NCBI GenBank assembly: GCA_028023455.1
Contig: JAQFVV010000005.1
Coordinates: 5,642,001 to 5,706,000 of the forward strand
Length of the DNA: 64,000 nt
Origin: Epiperipatus broadwayi
Lineage: Eukaryota; Animalia; Onychophora
Direction: 5' to 3'
This document shows positions 54,870 to 64,000 of this stretch, in pieces; the first letter of the stretch is position 1; each line of letters begins with the position of its first letter. The notes under the pieces are model-generated. The model searched no databases and was not told where the DNA came from. It worked only from the letters and a program-made list of their open reading frames with translations. A program made the translations under genes and the position numbers.

Positions 54870-55080
54870 CAGTGGGCACAATTAAATTTCACAATTAAAA
54901 ATTAAAATCTGATTTTTAATTATAATTAACAATTTAAAAATTACATAATGTGATCTGAAATTAATGTGATGCAAAGCAATGATAATTGATTTTTAAATGG
55001 AATTGAAAATTAAAAAATTAAAGACAAAAATAAGAATTTAATTTTTAATTGTTAGTTTTAATTAAATTTTGCCCAATAGT
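54870..55080. mobile_element. Possible AT-rich MITE nested in the Tigger relic
   Basis: Imperfect TIR CAGTGGGCACAATTAAATT / AATTAAATTTTGCCCAATAG. Confidence 0.4.
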
Positions 55081-55755
55081 GGTGAGTAGGTGTCTTTTTA
55101 TCATAAGTCTAAGTTCCCTTATTTTTATTTTAAACTTTTAGTTTACCCCAATGGAGAGGAAAGAACACTCAAGAAAATGAATTTTTTTGGAAACAAAATT
55201 TCAATTTTAGATCGCTTAGCGAAATGGGAAGGATCAATAGCAATTGGAAAACATTTTAGTTTGGGTGAGTGTACTATAAGAGCAATTAAAAAATATGAAA
55301 TTGGTGCTAGTTGTATTTCCTCTTGTGATGAATCTGATGTCTTACTAGTTCACAAATGAACTTATATACCTTCAAATAGTGATAATGATTAAAATACTGT
55401 ACATATATAAAAAAAATGTAAAATACTGTAAATTACGCATAAAAATATATTGTTTTGAATAAAATTAAATACTGTAGTTAATAAAAAAAGTAAAAAAAGT
55501 TTATCTTGTATCAATTTTTTTCAAATTCGAAATTTTTTATTAGTCATATTTTATTTCCTTTTTTTTAATGCAAATTTTAAAGTAATTTTACATTGTTGCT
55601 TTGCATTTATGCGATTTTTGAAAATTGCAGTATGTATTCTCCATTTTTCAAGGTAAGTTAAGTCTATTTTTGTGCGATTTCTTTTGTGCATGTTTTCTGA
55701 GGAACCTATCTACCACATAAAATGAGACCCAGGTGGATATTGATTTCTATATTTA

Positions 55756-55912
55756 CATATACCATTTCCAACCTTCTTATACATTTAACAATATTATTTT
55801 TTACATCAAAACCTTACAATTTTGACTGTTCTGCAGTCATCACTAGAAATGATGAAAGTTTTGATGTAAAAAATAGTATTGTTAAGTGTATAAAAAAGTT
55901 AGAAATGATATG
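55756..55912. repeat. 155-bp fold-back element
   Basis: ACAATATTATTTTTTACATCAAAAC / GTTTTGATGTAAAAAATAGTATTGT plus outer arms. Produces mirror ORFs 55722-55913 and 55814-56029. Confidence 0.8.
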
Positions 55913-56377
55913 ATAAATAAATATGGACATTCTAAACTCATAAAGTGAAATAAAAAGAATATAAAATAAGTTTACACAATGATGAAATAATATCACTCTG
56001 TGAAATATAAATATCTTTTTATATATCATGTGCTAAATCTTTTAGTTTATTTGATTTGTTGTGATATGAGCTTTTAACTTCTACTGCAGCAAATTTTCCT
56101 TTCTGAAAGAATTCAATACTTTGCCTAAATGTAACTCTGCAATCTATTGTCAGTTATATACTCTCAATGAAAGCAATCAATAGTGTGTTTTTGAGTTGTC
56201 TTTCAGATAATAATTATTTTGAATGTGAGACCTGTCTCTCCCAAACCTTCTCAAATTTATGGTAAAATATTTTCTTTAGGAAATCTGTTACATTTATTCA
56301 CTCCTATGACCAATCTAATAAATATATGCCCTTCATGTCATCGTATTCAGGAAAGCAAACAATATATTACAGTTGTA

Positions 56378-56876
56378 TTTTTATATTGGACTATTTCCAT
56401 CATCTAATATAAGTATTGAATGTCTTTAGAAAAAATTAACTTTATTTAAATATTCCAAATACATTCGACTCTTAGTAATAGCACATCAGACAGGTTAGTA
56501 AATCCACAATGTTTCAAGAGGTATTATTCTTCCCTCTTTTTCAGGAGTTGCTGGCCTGATGCATGGGATTCAAACTTAGTCTTTACATTCTTGAGTATTG
56601 AATTTTAAGGTAATGCTCTAAATCAATGCACCTTAAAATTCAATACTCAAAAATCTAAGAGACCAGGTTCGAATCTCATGCTAGTACTGTCACTGGTCAG
56701 TCCACCAAGTCCTGAAGAAGAAGGGAGTAATACCTCTTGAAATGTTGTGGATTTACTAACCTGTTTGATGTGCTATTACTAGCAGTTGAATGTATTTGGA
56801 ATATTTAAATAAAGTTAAATTTTTCTAAAGACATTCAATACTCATATTAGATGATGGAAATAGTCCAATATAAAAA
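56378..56876. mobile_element. Family C ~500-bp fold-back: truncated tRNA-derived head, hammerhead-like motif and AT tail in each arm
   Basis: 56378-56615 is inverted at 56628-56876. B box GGTTCGAATCT at ~56666. CTGAAGA(56712-56718)..AGG gagtaata CCT..GAAA(56739-56742)TGTTGTGG. Confidence 0.85.
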
Positions 56877-58080
56877 TATAACTAAAACACCATCATCACC
56901 AACCTTCAGGAAAACACAACATATTACAGTGTGTGGTTAAGTGCTGTATAAGATTGACAGACTCTTGAGCTTAAAATCCATGGATGATAGATTCATTTAC
57001 TACTTCTGCTACTTTATTTTCTTCAGAACTTCTAAGCAACACACCACCCAATTATTTTATATAAGAGCACATCAATTAGTTTTAAAATATTGCCATTATA
57101 TTTTCAAATTTTTACAGATCATTCTTAAATAATTTTTTCCAGAACATTTATATTACATTGACAGAGTGTCCATGTTTCACTTCTGTACAATAAAATTGAT
57201 AAATGTTGAAGTAGTTAGGTCATTATGGTAAAACATCTTATATAACTCATCAAAATCACAAAAATCTTTAAAGGAATGTATTTTCAAAGTGATTTGCTGA
57301 AAATTGTTTTTTTTCACTAACTGATACAGCTGTGAGGTTTTTAAACACATTATTACATCAAAGTTATTATAAACAGTAGGAACATTTTTGCTTTTAATCA
57401 GTTGTTATAGTAATAGGTAAATATTTACCTACATAACATAAATACATTTATTCTGCTTTTAAAAATATTAGATCTCTGAGAAGGAATAAAAACCATTAGA
57501 AAAATATTAAATTTTCTAAACTTCTGGAAGTAAAAATCAGTAAATTCACTACCTGATTTATGCATATTAATGAGTAATTTATTTACTCATGCAATATGCA
57601 GTGAGTTAGTCAATTTGTGTAGTATTTTAAAAAGTTATAGTTCAACCACCTATGCATTTACCAACTAATCCCAAATCTCTGGTTTTAGAACTTTTCAGAT
57701 TTGTGAATATTTGTTTGATTTTAAGAATAGATCTTTTACCCCCTCATTGTAAACTCAAGTATTACCAAAATAAAAAAAAATAAAAATAGATCACTGCAAA
57801 TAGGCCTTTTAATTTATAAATATTTATTCAATGTTGTTTTATTTTTAAATTTTCATTTCATTTCAACAAAAAATTTTATTAGTAATAAATAGTGATTACA
57901 TTTTGATAATGGATAAGTTAATGAATAAATTGTACAATAATATTATAAAAAGTTCTGATTAACATATGGCTAGAATATGTTAGTTAGTGGTTTTTATACA
58001 CTTTTGGGGTTGGGTATTATGGGGGGGTTGTTTAAATTTGGAAAATTGAGATGGTGGTGGTTTTTAGTTTTTTTTTTTGG

Positions 58081-58121
58081 TTGGGGTGGGGGGGGGGTGG
58101 GGTGGAAGGGAGAGGGGGGGG
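58081..58121 (+). other. G-run cluster (potential G-quadruplex)
   Basis: TTGGGGTGGGGGGGGGGTGGGGTGGAAGGGAGAGGGGGGGG in a very AT-rich background. More G-runs at ~58005-58027. Confidence 0.6.
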
Positions 58122-59949
58122 GATTTTGTTAATAAATAAGCTACAACTTATTTTTTGTTGTAAAAAGTTGAAGATTAATCACCTTTGAAACGTTATCTGA
58201 ATAATAAAATCTTTTGAAATAACAGGTATTTGGATTAACAGTATTATACCTGTTGCATAAGGGCTTTATGGATACTGCATTTGAATGTATTGTTTTTGAT
58301 CTATAACTCAAGTCTGGACCAGGTGAATCTGATTTCTTTTCATCACAATTATACTTAGTACTTTTAGGTAGCTGGCCACATTGATCAGAAAACAGATATT
58401 AGCTACTATTAGTAGACTATAAAAATCAATCTGAAGTAGTCAGATTAATGCAGCATAAATATGATTGTATTATGATATAGGGGTCCATTCTACTGAGACA
58501 GATATCCTTAAGAATATTGAAATCATAGATTACTTTTATTTTATTTTTGTCTGTCTATATTATAGTATTGAGAACGCATTATCAGGGGTAAGCTACTTTT
58601 CATAGATTGTTTCTTTTACCAAATTGATGAATTTATTTTAAGACTGTCCAAGTAAAAAAACTGTATATAGCTATTGTATTCCAGTTTAGACCATAAAGTG
58701 TCAGGAATACATATATTTAAAGCATATGTATATTGCTTCAAAGAAGAAAAAACGCTACTTGTATAGGTTTTCCATTGAATCTGAAATCTTTGCGCTATTT
58801 TTGAATGAATTCTATTGTATAATTAATAGCGTTGGACAATAAGCTAAAACAATATTAATTATAGTGGGCACACTCTTATTACTATCATATTCTTACAATA
58901 TGCAATAACACCATTAATATCAAAAAACTCATTGAATAAATTCATTAACAATAGATAAGATCAACTATTCTTTTATAAGGAAGTTTTAAAAATAGATTTG
59001 ATTATCCTTTCCTCAAAGCTAAAAAAAATCTATCAAAACATCTTCACAACTCCCACCAGGATTTTACAAATCTTATTATTAGAAGTTATTTTTCCATTTC
59101 TTTTCCAACAAAAGATTCTTTTGTGGGAAATAAAATATATGTCAATTGACTTCAACTATTTAGTCTTTTATCAAAAGAAAAAAAAACATTCAGAAGGTTT
59201 TCAATACATATAATCATTTTAATAACTTGAAGGGTTTTGCGTTATTTTTTTTTTAAAAAAGAAGCGAAAAAAAAGTTTAGAATATTTCCTTGGTAATAGC
59301 CACACAAATATGTTCACTTGAATTATATATGCATTATACGATTGTAGGCACGGATTGTTTCGTATTTGAGTTCTATGATTGGTTAAAAATCTCTGATGAC
59401 GTCACATCAGTCACCACCATCATTATTATTACGTGTTTTATTTTTAATGATTTATCTTTTGCTTTCCATCTATTGTCATAAAATAAAGCAGCAAACTATA
59501 GAGTAATTGATGTGGATCATATTAGTATTTGGAAGTGGAAAATCTGACACGTTTGAGACTTCTTCAGATAAATTACGCACCCCACCCCCCCAATGCGCTA
59601 CTTAAATGATTACGTTTTAAAATAAAATAAAGAAATTATTTGATTTAAAAAACAAACAAACTAAAATAATAATTAAAGTTAGTTTTGTAATCACCCCCAC
59701 AATTAATAAATGACTGTTAGCACTTGAAATCACTAGATAAATAACATATTTTTGGATTTCATAATAAAAAAAAATACAATGTACTTTGAAAAGATGATAA
59801 ATAGTAAGGAATGTTCTCTATACTTCAATACTACCAAACACAACATCAAATTTACTACAACGTGCAAAAGTTTCAAAATAGCTCACAATATCAACTTTTA
59901 GAAAATAAATGATTACACCTTTATCCTATTAAAGATAGACTTTTACATG

Positions 59950-60580
59950 AGCATTTACTGCAGCAATTATCATTAATATGTACCCATTATTTTAAATATA
60001 CATTATGGATGAAATTAATCATAGAATTAAACTTGTTTGGAGTGCTTTCACTAGAAATAACTTGATACTAAAAGAAAATATGCCTGTGTGTTTGAAAAGA
60101 AAGGTTTTTAATAAATGTGTTTTATCAGTTTTTACTTATGGATCTGAGACTTGGACTCTTAATAGAAGAGCAATATAGAGACTTCAGACCACTCAAAGAA
60201 GTATGGAGAGATGCAGGTTAGGAGTAACAAGAAGAGATCAAAAATGCAATATATGGGTAAGAGAACAAATAGGTGTTACTGACTTCATTGAAAAAATTAA
60301 AAGTGTTACTGACTTCTTTGAAAAAATTAAAAGACTGAAGTGAAGTTGGGCTGACATATTGCTAGAAGAGATGATAATAGATGGACAATTGAAATCTTAA
60401 ACTGGATTCCAATAGATTGTAAAAGACCCAGAAAGAGATCACATATGAGATGGATGGATGAAATAAGAAAGTGTGCAGGAGTGATGTGGAGAAGAAAAGC
60501 TAAAGATCAGAGTAGATGGATTAAACTTGGAGAGATTTTCATCCTGCATTGAATTGATAATGGTTGATGATGATGATATA
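59950..60580 (+). mobile_element. 5'-truncated RTE LINE (C-terminal ~200 codons, broken)
   Basis: EINHRIKLVWSAF...LKRKVFNKCVLSVFTYGSETWTL...QRSMERC.LGVTRRD, then RWMDEIRKCAGVMW. GAT-repeat tail at ~60563-60577. Confidence 0.9.
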
Positions 60581-61227
60581 CTATTATGAATTTTTTTTTT
60601 TTTAATTTTGAAACTTATTTTTAAAAAACAACTCCCATTTTGAACGGTCATTCTGTAAGAATGATGACATCATAGGATAGTGATTTCATTAAAGCTTCAT
60701 AATGGTAGAAAGTTTATTCATTGTACTATATACAATAATACATTTTGATTATAGAATTAAAGTATGATACTTTATCTTATTTTCATCCAGTGTTCTTGCA
60801 AGACAATCAGTGACTTCATTTATGATATGTCCAAAGAAACAAGATTTTCATTGTTAACAACTTCAAAAAAAAAAATCCCATTTCATTCAATATTGTACAA
60901 CAGCAAAGTATATTAATATTAAATTTTAACATTTGTATATTAAATAAAATATACATTTTTATGAACATTGTTTGCTTAGTAGAAATACAGTCAACATAAT
61001 TGTAACTTATTTTAAGAAAAAAATAATTTTGTGCACTATGAATCTAATAATTACCTTTACTTGATCAATGGTTGCTAAATATAAATTTAAAATATCTTTT
61101 ATTTGCTTAATTTTAAATCAATCTTATTATTTAATTTCTGACATATTCTATAATATTTTGTAAACATAAAACAATACATAGTGTTTTCCTGCTGGTTTGT
61201 GCGGATGGCATTTTAGTTGTATTTATA

Positions 61228-61500
61228 TGTTGGAGTATTTCCATCATCTCAGGATAGCTCAGTTGGTTAGAGCATTACCTTAAAATTCAATACTCAAGAA
61301 TCTAAGGGTCCAGGTTCAAATCCCATGCTAGTATTGTCACTGGTAAGGTCAGCAACATCTGTAATACCACTCGAAACATGCATATATTAACCTGTGTGCT
61401 ATTATTAACAGATGAATGTATTTGGAATATTTAAATAAAGTTAAATTTTTCTAAAGACATTCAATACTCATATTAGATGATGGAAATAGTCCAATATACA
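61228..61500 (+). mobile_element. Family C copy retaining a full tRNA-like Pol III head
   Basis: A box TAGCTCAGTTGG at 61255-61266 and B box GGTTCAAATCC at 61313-61323. Tail nearly identical to 56790-56870. Short inverted terminus at 61228-61249. Confidence 0.8.
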
Positions 61501-62304
61501 AATACAAATAAAAAATACAGTATCATCAAAAAGAAGGATTTAATCATTGATTAAAACAACAGCAACCAATTGTACATTACATTTTTTAATTTAATTTTTA
61601 TTTGACTGCATTTTTATAAAATAAATAAATTAGCAAAATGATTATTTAAAAAAAAAAAAAAACAACTCTGCAAAAAAAAAATATTAAAAGTTTTATTGGT
61701 CAGATAATATATATATAAAACCTCTGATAATAAAATATAAAGAGCAAAAAAAAAAAAAATTAAAAAGTACATTATATTAAGTTAATTTTTTTTAGAAATG
61801 GAAGATGTACATTATGGTTATTTTTTTTTTTTCTAAATGCTTTATTTTAATTTAACAAATCATGATTCAGGGAATATTATTTTCTGACTATGTAAAAAGC
61901 AAAATAATGAACCATCAATGAAAAAATTAATTTTTTAAAAAAAATATTATAGTTACTGAAATGTTTTTATGCAATATATTTACCCACAGGTTAATATTTT
62001 TTAAAATAATAATATGCTTAATGAAATGTTTAATCATTAATTGAACACTTTTTTCAATTTAATCTTTATTTTTTTAAACTGGAGTTTAAAATAACAAATT
62101 AATTTTTCCCCCACAGGAACTCATTATAATTGCTTATTTTTATGTAATATTTTAGTTTATGAGACATTTGGAGGACCAGTTAGCCTCACTGTATTCTTAA
62201 ACAAATGATAAAAGACTCTGCAAATGAGTTAGTATAGTTTCTTGTATAAGTCTAAAAGAAATATGTAATCGGGGATTCAATTGCCCATACTGATATATAT
62301 ATAT

Positions 62305-63320
62305 AAAAGTCAAATGTTACATGACACACACATATATATATAGCTTGCATTTACAAATATGTAAAATTAAGAGTGTCCTAATAGCTTTAAACAATTTTTT
62401 TTTTTTAAAAAAAAATTTTATGATAAATACTGCTACAAGAGAAGGCATTCAAATAATCTTTATTTAGGATTGTCCCTATCCCAAGACTGGTTTTGAGCTA
62501 TGGCTCTCTTCAGTGAAGAGCTAGGATACCAGATTCAAAAAACCAACTCAAGCTAAGCATTTATCTAATAGTTAACTTTCAATAAGAAAATCCAAACCCT
62601 TTAGACATCTACACATCTTTAAAGTCAGCTCTCCAACTGAAAAAATCATATGGGCCTGAACTTAATTCAGATACACCATATATTAATAGGCTTAGTCATT
62701 TAATTTAGCCAAATCCCCCAACAGCAAAATAATAATAATAGAAAGTCATATGTCATATGACTTATATACATAGCTTGCATTTACAAGTATGTAAAATTAA
62801 GAAGGCCTTCTCTTGTAGTAGCATTTATCATAAAAAAATTTTAAAAAAGCTTGTTTACAGCTTATTAGCACTCACTTAATTTTACATATTTGTAAATGCA
62901 AGCTATATATATATATATGTCATGTGACATCTGAGTTTCTATTATTACTATTATTATTTTGCCATTGGGGATTTTAGCTAAATTAAATGGCTAAGCCTAT
63001 TAATATATGGAGTATCTGAATTAAGTTCAGACCCATATGATTTTTTCGGTTGGAGAGCTGACTTTAAAAACCTGTAGATGTCTAAATGTTTCAGATCTTC
63101 TTATTGAAAGTTAACTATTAGATAAATGCTTAACTTGAGTTGGTTTTTTGAATCTGGTGTTCTAGCTTCTCACTGAAGAGAGCCATAGTTCAAAACCAGT
63201 CTAGGGATAGGGACAATCCTAGATAAAGATAATTTGAATGCCTTCTTTTGTAGTAGCATTTATTAAAAAAAAATTTTTTTAAAAAGCTTGTTTAAAGCTT
63301 ATTATCACACTCTTAATTAT
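62305..63320. mobile_element. Family D ~1-kb fold-back of two longer-than-unit ~430-bp monomers, each with a hammerhead motif
   Basis: Left arm period 430 (TAGCTTGCATTTACAA at 62341 and 62771). Right arm period ~435 (62807 and 63242). The arms are reverse complements. Hammerhead motifs at 62479-62513 (minus) and 63173-63207 (plus). Confidence 0.9.
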
Positions 63321-64000
63321 ATATATATGTGTAGAAATATCAGTTACATTTTCATATTAAAAAAATTTCTATCAGATGTTAACAAATAGTAATCAAGGAA
63401 AATAATAAACTGTAAAAACTTAAAGCCATGTGATTGTTTACTTTATTTATTTACCATAGAGGAAAAAAAATGCAATTATATTATACTACTGATATATTCA
63501 TTGAGGATACATCTTTTACATATTGTTGTATATAAAAAAGATCTTTTCATCTTTAAAGACAACAATATTAAATTATTAGTGAATTTTAACTCATATTATA
63601 ATGCACCAAAATATGTATGCTAATATTAATTTATAGTAATTAGTTATTATGGAAAACAGGTTTTATCATAATGAAGATAAAATTTACTGCTACAAAACTG
63701 AAGAAATATATAAATCTTTTCCACATTTTGTAAATGTTTCTCAATTTGTCATTATTTGAAATGCAACATATGTAATCAAATTTAATAATAAGTGTTACTA
63801 TTACTAATAATAGTAATAATAATCATAATAGTAACAATAATATAACAGTCTTTAAAAAACTTAAAATATTATAAAACTACTTTGCTCTCGTCATTTCTTT
63901 GCAACCTAGTATAAGCTTTAATAATCATTATATGTCAGATAGTAGTGCTTATTAAAACCCAATCAAATGATGTCCTACATAATAACCACAGATTAATTTC

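Larger units (their letters stand above)
54364..55735 (+). mobile_element. Internally deleted Tigger/pogo-like DNA transposon
   Basis: TIR CACCCGGATCTTATTTTATGCGG / CCACATAAAATGAGACCCAGGTG with TA on the left. ORF 55090-55359 KISILDRL..GE..IGKHFSLGECTIRAIKK resembles a CENP-B/psq-type N-terminal HTH. Confidence 0.8.

Noticed and set aside
58200-58850. Possible PLE RT remnant on the minus strand
   Set aside because: Only vague motif resemblance (RMDPIS, FEAIYI), which is insufficient.

Overview
Very AT-rich, apparently CpG-depleted eukaryotic (probably invertebrate animal) DNA. I found no protein-coding gene I can support. The window is mostly decayed transposable elements: RTE-type and CR1/L2-type LINE fragments, two ~4.4 kb L1/Tx1-type LINEs, a Tigger/pogo DNA-transposon relic, a Penelope-like (PLE) GIY-YIG 3' end, short TSD-flanked tRNA-Gly-derived SINEs and a perfect 452-bp compound (ATCT/ATCC) microsatellite. 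The most notable signal is about a dozen MITE-looking fold-back (palindromic) elements. At least four sequence families of these carry minimal type-I hammerhead ribozyme motifs (CUGANGA...GAAA) with a palindromic stem III, some near-intact and others degenerate. In each fold-back the hammerhead strands point outward (minus-strand copy on the left, plus-strand copy on the right). One arm starts at the predicted self-cleavage site, one family has a tRNA (Pol III) head, and one has longer-than-unit arms. Together these suggest non-autonomous, ribozyme-processed retroelements mobilised by PLEs. All protein-family assignments are by-eye motif recognition in degenerate sequence, not database results, and element boundaries are approximate unless TSDs or TIRs are given.
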